This document shows, piece by piece, positions 52,203-64,000 of a DNA stretch of 64,000 nt (its first letter is position 1; every line of letters begins with the position of its first letter). Under the pieces are notes generated by a model. The model searched no databases. It saw only the letters and a program-made list of their open reading frames with translations, and was not told where the DNA came from. The stretch covers positions 8,487,150 through 8,551,149 of the forward strand of contig OZ037772.1 in the NCBI GenBank assembly GCA_964035545.1, read 5' to 3'. Origin of the DNA: Bugula neritina (lineage: Eukaryota; Animalia; Bryozoa). Position numbers and translations under genes: made by a program.

Positions 52203-54608
52203 CTATGGTAGAATAGATTGATTCTTAGCGTGTATTTTAGTGTGAGACAGAAGACTAGCTTTACGAGTGAATGATTTTTTGCACACATTGCATTGATATG
52301 GTTTCTCTCCAGTGTGTGTCCTCATATGTGACATAAGGTGACCCTTTTGAGTGAAAGACTTTTCACACACATTGCATAAAAATGGTTTCTCTCCAGTGTG
52401 TGTCCTGACATGTTGCTGCAGGGTAACTCTTCGGCTGAACGCACTCTTACAAATATGACATGCAAATGGCTTCTCTCCAGTGTGCGTCCTCATATGACGG
52501 ATGAGAACCACTTTCCAGCTAAAAGCAGACCCACATATTTCACATATAAATGACTTTTCTCCAGTATGTATTCTCATATGCCTGTGGAGATAACCCATGT
52601 GCCTTGTCTTGTAGCTACATATTGAACATTGTAAACACTTCCTTTTGCTCTGCTCTTCTGTATTCTTTTCCAGACCAGCTTTTTGTGTTGACGCACAAAT
52701 GTTATGTACAAATGGTTTTTCTTTGATCAATTCTTTTGTCGGCCCAACAACATCCATAGATATGTTGGTAATGTTATACGCTTTTTGATCAGTGTGAGTC
52801 CCTATATCTCTGTTTATATCTCTAGAATGGTCTCTCCACTTGTATCCATAAGTTTCTTTGTCCGGTGGATCTGGTGGAATTTCAGAAACATCTCCTGTAT
52901 TCAAACACAACTGCATTTCACCTGTAAAACAGTATTAAAAATTTTAGGATGGTATCCAAGGTTAATTCCCAATTTATTTAACATATATTATAAATATATT
53001 GTTTTGAAAAAAAACATGGATCCGATTCAATCAGTTACCAATATGCCACCAATGATGGATGCACAGTTATAGCTAGATCAATTAAAAGAAGTATTAAATT
53101 AACTACTTTTGAAAGCAGATACAGTGCACTACGGAAGAAGATAATACTAGGCTGATTAAAACTATAAATTTGATTATTGGTAAAGGGCGCTGGTGGTGTT
53201 AGGAAAATACATTCTCAGCCTGCTGTAAAGATTTACCATTCAGGCTCTCACAGTTGAACCAGTCACCAGTTAAACTTGTTTTAAAATGATCTTTCAGGTT
53301 GTTGAACAGATTTTAACATGCATTGAACATATTATACTTACCTGATGATTTGTAGCCCGCTGTGGCATTCAACCCTAGAACCTTAAGAGTGTCAGAGATA
53401 ATTTCATACAGAGGAACATCAGGTATTTCTGGTAAATACTTGTCATATACTGTGGGTTCCACGGGAAAAGAGGTATGGTTGATTGTATCAACTGTGGGAA
53501 CTGAAATGTAAATGAGTAAAGTTGCACACTGATTTTTAGCAAATTTCTTATGTTGTTTTTTCAATAACATGTGATGTTAATTTAAATCATCAATTGCAGT
53601 GAAAGAAACATTTGATGGTTTTCATTTTGTCTATCCAAACACACTTACCTGTTGAGATGACTTCTGTTGTAGTATCCAGTTCTAAAACTTGAAAAGCCTC
53701 AGAGATAACTTCAGACAGAGGAACATCAATTTCTTCTGGTAGATAGTTTTCCTGTACTGAATTTTGTTTTCTGAGAAGTTCTAATTGTTGGTTGTGACCA
53801 AAAGTATCTGAATATTCATTCTCAACACCATCTTTTACATCTTCTACATAAGTGTGAGATGCTGTTGTTGGCATGCTAAGGTAGGTTGGATTGTAATCTG
53901 TATTGTCATTAAAAATGTTAGAGTCTAAATTCACTGAATGCATTGAAGAGCTGTTATTGGTTACTAATGAATCCCACTCAGCACTATACTGATCTCTACA
54001 ATATGGATCCTGTCTGTAGGGATCAGGATCTTTGGATGAATAATCTTCAGATAAAACTCCAAAAGCTCTAGAAAAAACTTCAGACGAATGAACATCAGAT
54101 TCTTGTGGTAGACAGCTGTTGTACACTGAAGCTTCTGTGTTAACATAGTCCTGAGGGTTTGTATTAACTGTGGAAGTCAAAGGAACTGCGTTTACAAAAA
54201 AGCTAGGACACTGAATAAAAGTCTCACAGAGATCAGGAATCGTCCACTCAAAATCATTTTTAGAGATGTGATGAAGTCCTTGCATTGATTGACTTGATGT
54301 TTGAAGAATTGTATGCGGTTCTATAACTGTAAAGTAAAGAAAGCCTTTAAGAGCTTGCATCAAAATATCTACTCAAAGTTCACTCACTCAAAACAATACC
54401 CAAAAGACTCAATGGAAGTAACGTGCATCCATGAGTTCACTTGCCACACAACATGTTTACTCCAAAGTTATACAACTGATTTTAATCAACCATCTTTAAT
54501 TGTTAATGAATAATAAATATAAAAAAGGCTATCATGAAATAGTAGCCTAAACTAATCAATTAGTTATTTCCACAGTGTTTCATACTTACATGGTTTAATC
54601 ACAGACAT
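52203..54608 (-). CDS. Copy I: intact C2H2 ZNF gene, 5 fingers, ~524 aa
   Basis: Exons 54590-54608 (MSVIKP), 53649-54326, 53342-53500 and 52203-52921; all donors GTAAGT; total 1575 nt. Confidence 0.9.
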
Positions 54609-56309
54609 GGCAGATGAACTGAACACTTCCAGAAAACTCTGGAAATAGAACTAACTAGTTCTAAATTTAAAAACTGTGAGACATTCACAGTAAACTATAT
54701 CAGACTAAGATTACACAATGATCTGTACTGTATCATGTGGTCATCTAGCAGCATAATGTTTTAGCTATATTTGTTTATATAATTAATCATTACAGCTGGC
54801 TATTGCGCATTGGAAAGCTGATGAAATTATGTGTTAGACCTGTACCTTTGTCCTTCAAAAAATATTGGCATACATTTTTTGGATGTTCACCAAAAAATTC
54901 AAAAAGGATGGCCATTTGTTTCTGATAAAAAACAACATGATAGCCTCAGTCAGCTGTCTCAAATTGTATTAAATAAATTGTTGAGATAAAACTGATAGGT
55001 TGGCATATAGAGTCGTTTTGTCTGACCACAGTTTTGCTTGTTTTGATTTTAAAGAGATAGCAAAACAAAATGATTTTTGTGCTATCCCAAAATAAGCATT
55101 ATAGAAACATTATTTAATTAACCCATCCGGAAATAGAGGTGCAATAGCCTTTCAACTTGAGATGAATTGTATATATTGTTTGATGTTATTAATTAGAAAG
55201 ATTATTTAACTAACTCATCAAGAAGTAGAGGTGCAATAGCATTTCAACTTGAAATGAAATGTGTATATTGTTTGATCTTATTAAAAAGCTGTATAGATAA
55301 AAGTGAACTTACAACATGGTGTTAGGTATAAAGTGCTTAGGTGATAATGCCCCAGGTAATGATTGGAAAAGTGGCAGTGTGGATATTGCAGGGTTTGAGG
55401 CTTTGGAAAATTTAACAATAATGTGCCATACTTAACATTGGCTCATTTTCTATATCAAAATAAGCATTAGAGCAATGAAAAACCGCTATTGATGTCAGGA
55501 AAGTGTAGTTACAACATTATCCCATCCTGACAGTATTACATATAAGGGTTTTTCTGACAATATAAAAACAGTCGTTATGAATAATTATCTATTATATGTC
55601 ACAAGGATATAATTTTACAGTAAAAGAAAATGAGAAGAAACTGATACTAAACTGTGTAAACATATTGAATGTGAAATAGAAGCTGTTATTAGAAAAAGAA
55701 GTGAATTCAACAAGATAAAGAAAATTTTGTTTTATGTATCATGATTTCACTAAAAAAACTATTACTCATAAGTTACATAAAACTATTAAAATAAGACATA
55801 AGTACTATATGATGTAAAACTTTAATGAAATAAAAATTGCTGAGATATTATATGTTTTAGGTCATGTGTATAAAGTTGCTTAAAAAACAATTTTTAAATA
55901 TAATTAAATATAAAGAAAAATTTTCAACTTTACATTCTAAAAATAGAATAACATATTATATTGCTTCTGTTCCTATGTCTACATTTATCCAGCTTTCATG
56001 TACTTTTACAGCTTATAAAGTTTATATTGTATTCATGTTAGATCCGAATAGACAGATGTGTTAAAATATTTACCTTTCATCAGCTAGATGCATTGTCTAT
56101 ATACAAACATTTATGCAGTATTATTGCTTTGCATTACCAGAGACAATTTTGAAAATGACAATGGCTTCTTCTTGTTTTATCTGCAGTCAAATACAACTAA
56201 GAATAAATTTCAAGCATCACCCCTATGGTGAGCTACTTGTTTATCTGAGTGTTTTTTATAAGAGAAACGATTTGAATTTTAATACAGCAGCCTTGCAGCT
56301 ATACTTAGA

Positions 56310-58772
56310 CTATGGTAGACCAGACTGATTCTTAGCATGTATTTTAGTGTGAGACAGAAGGCTAGCTTTACTAGTGAATGACTTCTTACAGACAGGGCAT
56401 AGAAATGGCTTCTCTCCAGTATGTGTTCTCATATGTCTGGTTAGGGCACTTTGTTGAGTAAATGATTTTTTGCACACATGGCATGAATATGGCTTCTCTC
56501 CGGTGTGTGTCCTCATATGTAACATAAGGTTACACTTTCGAGAGAATGATTTCTCACACAAATTGCATAGAAATGGTTTCTCTCCAGTGTGTGTCCTCAT
56601 ATGTCGTTGCAGGGTAATTCTTTGACTGAATGCACTTTTACAAAAATGACATGAAAATGGTTTCTCTCCAGTGTGTTTTCTCATGTGTTGGTTGAGATGA
56701 CCCATTTGTCTGGTTTTGTAGCTACATATTGAACACTGAAAATGTTTCCTTTCACTATGCTGCTCTGTATTCTTTTCAAGACCAGCTTCTTGTGTGAACT
56801 CATACTCACAAACATCATGTAAAGTTGTCTTCTCTTTGATAACTTCTTCTTTCTGATCGAGGACATCTGCAGGCTTGTGGGCCATTTTATACACTATTTG
56901 ATCAGTTTGAGTCACTATACTTCTGTTTATTTCTTTAGAATAGTCATTGCACTTATATTCATAATTTCTGTTGCACAGTAGATCTAATAGATTTCCGAAA
57001 GTGCCTCCTGTAGTTAAACATGCATTTGGTTCACCTATAAAGCAACGGTACAAACATTGAAGTGGCATTCAAGTTTACTCATTTTATAATATCACTAATA
57101 TAATAAGCTAATTTTGCAGTATATATGTATATAATTCAATTCTTATAGAAAAACAAAGATATGCATGCAGCTCAATCAATTACCAATAATGTACCAATGA
57201 TTAGAGCATATTATTTAAGTTGATAAGTTAAAAAGTTCATTAAAATAATTAAATTAGAAAGCAGGTAGTGGTATTGGGGATGAGACTACTAGAAATTAGT
57301 CAGAACAAGGTTTAATATATTTTGATATGTGGTAAGCTTATACTGACAATTAGAAATAACTTCAGACAAGAAAACATCAGGCTCTTTAGGTAAAAGGCTG
57401 TCACATGCTGTGGCTTCCAATAGAAAAGGGTTCTGGTTGCTTGCATCAACTTCAGTAACTAAAATGAATATAAGTGAAGTCTTAAACTAAGACGGAACTG
57501 TAACTGTAACTGTAACTGTAACTGTAACTGTAACTGTAACTGTAACTGTAACTGTAACTGTAACTGCATGTAACTGTAACTGTAACTGTAACTGTATTTG
57601 TAACTGTAACTGTAACTGTAACTGTAACTGTAACTGTATAACTGTAACTGTAACTTTAACTGTAACTGGAACTGGAATGAGATATAATAGATCTGATTGT
57701 TTTTGAGTTATCTATCTGAACACACTCATGCACCTGTTGAGATGACTTTCGTTGTAGTAGGAAATCCTAAATCTTGATTAACCTGAGAGATAACTTCAGA
57801 CAGAGAGACATCACATTCTTCTGGTAGAAAACAGTCAAACACTAAATCCTGCTTTTTGAGATCTTTTGACTTTCGGTGGTAATTGAAAAGATCTAAATGT
57901 AGACTCTTTACAAATTCTTCTATATAAGAGTCAGATACTGTTTGATTGTATGTATTGACATTAAAACTTTGAGAGTCTGAAATAACAGAATATCTCAGAG
58001 AACTGTTATTGGTTACTAAAGGAACCCACTCAGCACCATGCCTTTCTTTACAGTGTGGCTCCTGTCTGTAATCATTGTGTTCTTCAGATGGATAATCTTT
58101 ACCTAAAACTTCAAAAGCTGAAGTAAAGACTTCGGATAGAGAATAATCAGGTTCTTCTGGTGGACAGTGGTTATGCACTGTAGCTTCTGCGTTAATATAG
58201 TTCTGGGGGTTTGTATCAACTGTGGAAGTTAAAGGAACTAATTCTGAAGAAAAGCTAGCAGGTTGAGCAAAGTTATCACAGACAGCAGAAGTCTCCCACT
58301 CAACATCACTTTCAAAGATCTGGTAAGATTTTTGTATTCTTTTGCTTGAACTTTGCGGACTCATTTCTGTTTTTGTGACTAAAAAATAATTAAAATGTGT
58401 ACTACAAATCGGCATTACAACATATTTTATTAAAGGAAATTCTTCGTCTGTATTGACACTGTACTGCTTCCTCGCTCACCTCAATCGCTGGCTCAGCTTA
58501 CTCGTTCACTCACGGACACTCTAGCACACTGCCATGTACACACTCAGACACTCACACTAGTATGCACACACTCACACAGGTGCTGAATAATACTAAAATG
58601 TCTAATGGTACCTTAACAATCATGAACGTGTAATATTGACACAAATTTGTACACTCAAACTAAAAAGTTAATATTTAATTATTCGTATTTCGAAACTGAT
58701 GAACAAGACAACCGCAAAATATGAGATCAATTTTTGCAGAATGTTATACTTACATGGTTGACCCCCAAACAT
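56310..58772 (-). CDS. Copy J: probably intact C2H2 ZNF gene, 5 fingers, ~499 aa; closest paralogue of copy G
   Basis: Exons 58754-58772 (MFGGQP), 57734-58378, 57348-57458 and 56310-57034. The exon-2 donor is weakened to GTGCAT by a 4-nt insertion. Confidence 0.8.
57493..57677. repeat. (TAACTG)n hexamer microsatellite in intron 2 of copy J
   Basis: Directly visible; same position as the tract in copy G. Confidence 0.95.
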
Positions 58773-59823
58773 GGTGTAACAACTAGACACAACTCAAAGA
58801 CACTTGAAAGAAAAGAAGTCGGTTCCTAATAAAACTCCACTATAAAATATCCACTATCAGAATAGTTGACTATGATCCACACTGAATCAGATAATCATCT
58901 AGTAGCATACCGTAGTGGCTATTTGTCTGCAAATAATCAGTACAGTTAGCTATTGTATATTAAAAAGCTGTTGGAACAATGGGTTAAGTCTATACCTTTG
59001 TCCAGTATTTGTATATTATAGGTAAAATGAAAAATTCACCAAGAGAGGTCAGCAGTATTCGATAGCAAACATCACAGCCACCATCAGTTATGTTGAACTA
59101 TATCAAATAAATTTGTTGGGATAAAACAGAATTGGCTGACAATTGTTAATGCGTTTCCTTTGAATGCAGTTTTGCTTAGTTTATTTCTGAATGTACATTG
59201 CACAAGGTTATTTTGTTTAACAAATTATGATTATTAAAAAGGGAAATTTATGCACAAATCTGTTGCTAGAAAGTAGAGTTGCAAGAGTCTTTGACTTAAC
59301 ATCAATTATATAAGCTTTTTCTAAAAATATGAAATACCATTTTACAAAAAAAATACTGAATAGAACTGAGAATAGAACTGATACTAAATTGTCCGAACAA
59401 TACATTATAATAATTATACTGGCTGTTATAAACGCAAGCTTTCAGAAAACTAAGATTTAAATTCAACAAGGTAAAAAGGTTTTGTTTCATAACTGAAAAA
59501 CACCATGTTAAAAATATCTCCAAGTACTCTATGTGAAATAAACCTTTAAATATAACGAAATTATACAGAGATAAAATGTCTTATATAGCATTTTTTTTAA
59601 TATAGCAGGAAAAAATATAAGAATATATTGCCAATTATGTAGATCCAAGTACAATTATACATGTATGTATAGATATTACTCCTGCTAATGCTGAGACTTT
59701 TCGAATTTTGTAGTATTGGCATTACATAAAATAAATATTATATTCATATTAGATCTAAGTAGACAGGTATCAAAACACCCTTACCATTAACTCGTTACTT
59801 CTATACTATTTTATACTTGTAAC

Positions 59824-59842
59824 ATGGTTTCATCACAGACAT
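59824..59842 (-). pseudogene. Orphan exon 1 (MSVMKP) with its upstream region; gene body deleted
   Basis: ATGTCTGTGATGAAACCAT followed by an altered donor GTTACAAGT. At ~59785 the sequence switches to the 3' flank seen below copy H (cf. ~47720). Confidence 0.75.
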
Positions 59843-61428
59843 GACAGATGATCTGAACACTTCCAGAGAACGCTGGAAAGAGAACTAACTAGTTCTGAAT
59901 ATAAAAACTGTGAGATATTCACTGTAAACTATGAGACTGAGGTTACACAATGATTTGTACTGTATCATACAATCATCTAACAGCATAATGTTTTGGCTAT
60001 ATTTGTTTATGAATAATCATTGCAGCTGGCTATTACACATTGGAAAGCTGATGACACAATGTGTTAGACCTGTACCTTTGTCCTTCAAAAAATACTGGCA
60101 TATTTTCTTTGCATGTTAAACAAAATATTCAAAAAGAGATTGTCATTTATTTCTGATAAAAAACATCACAACCCCAATCAGCTGTTTCAAATTGTATTAA
60201 ATAGATAATTGAAATAAAACTGATAGGTTGGCATATATAGGATTATGTCATCTGACCAAAATAATGCTTGTTTTAAATTTAAAGATCTAGCACAATAAGA
60301 TAAGTTTTGCACTTTCCTAAATATCCCAAAATAAGCATTAGAAACATTATTTAACTAACTCATCTAGAAATGGAGCTGCAATAGCATTTCAACTTGAGAG
60401 TAATTGTACATAGTTATGTTTGGTGTTATCAAAAAGTTGTAAATAAAAACAAATCTATAAATTAGTGTTAGGTATAAATGGCTTAGGTGATAATGACACA
60501 GATCACGATTAAGGAAAAGTTTTTGGGATTTTGGAAAATTTAATATTAATGTGACATACTTAACATTGGCTCATCTTCTATATATCAAAATGAGCATTAG
60601 AGCAATGACTAAACCTCTAATGCTGTCAGGAATATGTAGTTGCAATAGTGTCCCAACTTGACAGTATTACATAAGGTTTTTCTGACAATATAAAAACAGT
60701 CGTTATGTATAATTATCTATTATATGTCAAAAGGATATAATTTTACAGTAAAAGAAAATGAGAAGAAACTGATATACTAAACTGTGTAAACATATTGAAT
60801 GTGAAATAGAAACTGTTATTAGAAAAAGAAGTGAATTCAACAAGATAAAGAAAGTTTTGTTTTATGTATCATGATTTCACTAAAAATACTATGACTCATA
60901 AGTTACGTAAAATTATTAAAATAAGACATAAGTACTATATGACATAAAACTTTAATGAACTAAAAATTGCTGAGATATTATATGTGTTAGGTCATGTGTA
61001 TAAAGTTGCTTAAAAACAAATTTTAAATATAATTAGATATAAAGAAAAAATGCTAACCTTAGATTCTAAAGATAGAGTAATAGATATTACTTCTGTTCCT
61101 ATAATGTCTACATTTATCTAGATTTCTTGTACTAGTATACAGCCTATAAAGTTTATATTGTATTCATGTTAGATCCGCAATTAGTCATTACCATTTAATA
61201 ACTTGATGCATTGTCTATATACACACATGTATGCAGCAGTACTACTTTGTATTACCAGAGATATTTTTGAGAAAAACAATGGCTCCTTCTTGTTTTATCT
61301 ATCGAATACAACTAAGAATAATTTTCAAACCTCACCACTATGGTGAACTACTTGTTCATCTGAGTGTTTTTCATAAGCTAGAGAAACAATTTAAGTTTTA
61401 ACACAGCAGCTTTGCAGCTATACTGAGA

Positions 61429-64000
61429 CTATGGTAGCATAGATTGATTTTTAGTGTGTATTTTAGTGTGAGATAGAAGGCTAGCTTTACGAGTGAATGA
61501 TTTTTTGCACACATTGCATTGATATGGCTTCTCTCCATTATGTGCTCTCTTGTGATTGGTTAGGCTCCCTTTTTGGGTGAAGGAATCTTTGCACACATGG
61601 CATTGATATGGTTTCTCTCCAGTGTGCGTCCTCATATGTTGCTGTAGGGTAGAGCTTTGACTAAATGCACTTTTACAAATATGGCATGCAAATGGCTTCT
61701 CTCCAGTGTGTGTTCTTATATGACGGATGAGAACATGTTTCCATGCAAAAGCAGAGCCACATATTTCACATATAAATGACTTTTTTCCAGTATGTATTCT
61801 CATGTGCTGGTTGAGATGACTCATCTGCGTTGTCTTGTAGCTACATATTGAACATTGTAAACAGCTCCTATTCTGTTCTGTATTCTTCTTCAAATCAGCT
61901 CCTTGTGTCAACTCATACTCACAAACATCTTGTATAGTTGTCTTCTCTTTGATCACTTCTTTTGTCTGCTCAACAACATCCATAGATATGTTTGTATTGT
62001 TATGCACTTTGTGATCAGTCTCCATATCATTGTTTATATTTCTAGAATGATCTCTCAGTTTATATTCATAAGTTTCTTTGTCCAGTGAATTAGCTATTAG
62101 AACTTCAGAAGTGTCTCCTGTAATTAAAAATGCTATAGTAGGTATTTCACATGTAAAACAAAATTGCAAATGGTATAATGGCATTCCAGTTGGATTGACA
62201 TAGTTTATTTAATGCCATTAATATATTTTAAAGTATATATATATATGCATGTATATACTTCTTCTTTTACAAGAAAAATTCATCCCTTTCAATCAGTTAC
62301 CAATACACCATCATATCTAGATCAAGTAAAAGAGTTATTAAATCAACACCAACTGGAAGCAGCTACTGTAATATTAAAGGGTACAAAGTTAGCTTAATTG
62401 GAACTATAAAGTTTTATATTGGTAAAGACCATTGGTTATGTCAGGAAGATCATTCAGCCATAATTTCTTTCTTTGTCACAATGGAAAGTAGGTCTTCAGC
62501 TTGCTGAAAACCTTACTGTTCAGACTTTCATAGTTAAACCAGTCACTGCAATTAAATTCATTTGAAAAAATCTTTCAGTTTTTTGAACAGATTTTAGCAT
62601 GTGTTAGACACATACTAACCTGATGATGTGTAGTTCCCTGCGGCATTCAACCCTAGAACTCTAAGAGTGTCAGAGATAACTTCAGACAGAGGAACATCAG
62701 GTTTTTCTGGTAAGTACTTGTCATATACTGTGACTTCAACAGGAAAAGAGGTATTGTTGAGTGTATCAACCGTGGGAAGTGAAATGTAAATGAGTAAAAT
62801 TGCAAACTGATTTTTAGTAAATTTCTCTTGTTGTTTTTTTAAAATCATGTGATGTCAATTTAAATCGTCAACTGCAATGAGAGAAGCGTTTGATTGTTTT
62901 TGTTTTATCTGTCTAAACACACTCACCTGTTGATATGACTTCTGTTGTAGTATTCAGTCCTAGAACTTGAAAAGCCTCAGAGATAACTTCAGACAGAGGA
63001 ACATCAGGTTCTTCTGGTAGATAGTTTTGTTGTACTGCATTTTGTTTCCTGAGAAGTTCTAGTTGTTGGTTGTAACTAAAAGTATCTGAAAGTTCATTCC
63101 CAACACCATCTTCTACATCTGCTATATAAGTGCCAGATACTGTTGTTGGCATATTAAGGTAGGTTGGATTGTAATCTGTATTGTCATTAAAAATGTTAGA
63201 GTCTAAATTCACTGAATGTCTCTCAGAGTTGCTATTGGTTACTAAAAGATTCCACTGAGCACTATACTTATCTCTACAAAATGGTTCCGGTCTGTAAGGA
63301 TCACAATCTTCAAATGAATAGTTTCCACCTAAATTTCTGAAAACTCCAGAAACAACTTCAGACAAAGGATTTTCAGATTCTTTTGGTAGACAATTGTTAT
63401 ATGGTGAAGTATCCATGTTCACAAAACAGTGAGTGTTTGTATCAACTGTAGAAGCCAAAGGAACTGCACTTGCAGAAAGGCTATGACTTTGAAGAAAGTT
63501 TTCACAGAGAGCAGTGCTCTTCCATCCAACATCATTTTTAGAGATCTGATATGGCACTTGCATCTGTTTGCTTAGGGTTTGGAAAGCTGCCTGCATTTCT
63601 ATTACTGCAAAATAAAGACGGCTTTTACAAGCTTACATTAACATATCTACTCAAGACTCAAAGATTCCACAACTTCAAACGACTTCCAACACAGACACAT
63701 GCTGTTGGTCTCTCACATGCCCACTCACTCACTCACTCACTCAGCCACCACTCACTCACTTCCTTATTCATTCTCTCACTCACACCAACATACACACATT
63801 TACATATTTACACCAAAAACCCAATGAAAGTGAAATATGGACAAATTCATTTACCACCCTGCATGTTTACACCTAAATTGTACAAATTATTTTAATCAGT
63901 CATCATTTCAATGAATATCAAATAAAGAAGGCTATCACAAAATAGTAGCTTAAACTAACCAAATAATTACTTGCACAGTATTTTATACTTAGGCCTACAT
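61429..64000 (-). CDS. Copy K: C2H2 ZNF gene, 5 fingers; exon 1 runs off the window; two canonical acceptors mutated
   Basis: Exon 2 62927-63604 is open. The exon-3 (62620-62778) acceptor is CAG>CAC and the finger-exon acceptor is CAG>CAT (~62151), but an in-phase ttttaattacag lets the exon start at 62117. The finger ORF is open to 61429. Confidence 0.65.

Larger units (their letters stand above)
24311..64000 (-). repeat. Tandem array of ~4-4.5 kb gene-sized units (C2H2 ZNF gene cluster); continues beyond the window
   Basis: 9 finger exons, 11 exon-2 copies and 12 exon-1 copies, all on the minus strand. Introns and intergenic spacers are also recognisably homologous between units. Confidence 0.97.

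Noticed and set aside
33492-54146. Recurrent alternative-frame ORF MIQT..MLTQKL..IVLSGIL inside exon 2
   Set aside because: A shadow frame of the conserved exon; no independent splice or start support.
35167-56328. Recurrent plus-strand small ORFs (YYIASVPMSTFIQLSC..., MQYYCFALPET...)
   Set aside because: They recur only because the 3' flanks of E, G and J are duplicated; they are broken in other copies and show no protein features.

Overview
AT-rich eukaryotic (invertebrate-animal-like) genomic DNA with spliceosomal GT-AG introns. The left 24 kb is transposon debris. It holds a fold-back MITE (~2.44-2.84 kb), a probable solo LTR (4454-5023), a decayed R4/Dong-type RLE non-LTR retrotransposon (5624-8584) and a very young LTR element (9356-15107). 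That element has 474-bp LTRs that look identical, a GTAG target-site duplication, a tRNA-Ala PBS, one 435-aa Gag-like ORF with a hydrophobic C-terminal segment, and no detectable pol. The right 40 kb (24.3-64 kb) is a head-to-tail minus-strand array of about 11 copies (here A-K, ~4-4.5 kb period) of one four-exon C2H2 zinc-finger gene. I reconstructed the gene by hand: a 19-nt ATG microexon, a ~540-680-nt exon 2, a 111-162-nt exon 3 and a terminal exon with 5-7 TGEKP-linked fingers; all introns are phase 1. I do not recognise the N-terminal region as KRAB, SCAN, ZAD or BTB. It carries three copies of an LPxExDVxxSE[VI]xSx[AT][FL]xVLG motif (often containing PDVPL = PxVxL) plus a near-invariant YCRDEYSAEWDPLV block. 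The array shows birth-and-death evolution, exon and finger shuffling, and changes concentrated at DNA-contacting residues. The best candidate for an undescribed system is a lineage-specific, KRAB-ZNF-analogous repressor family with its own effector module. No database search could be run, so novelty is unverified.
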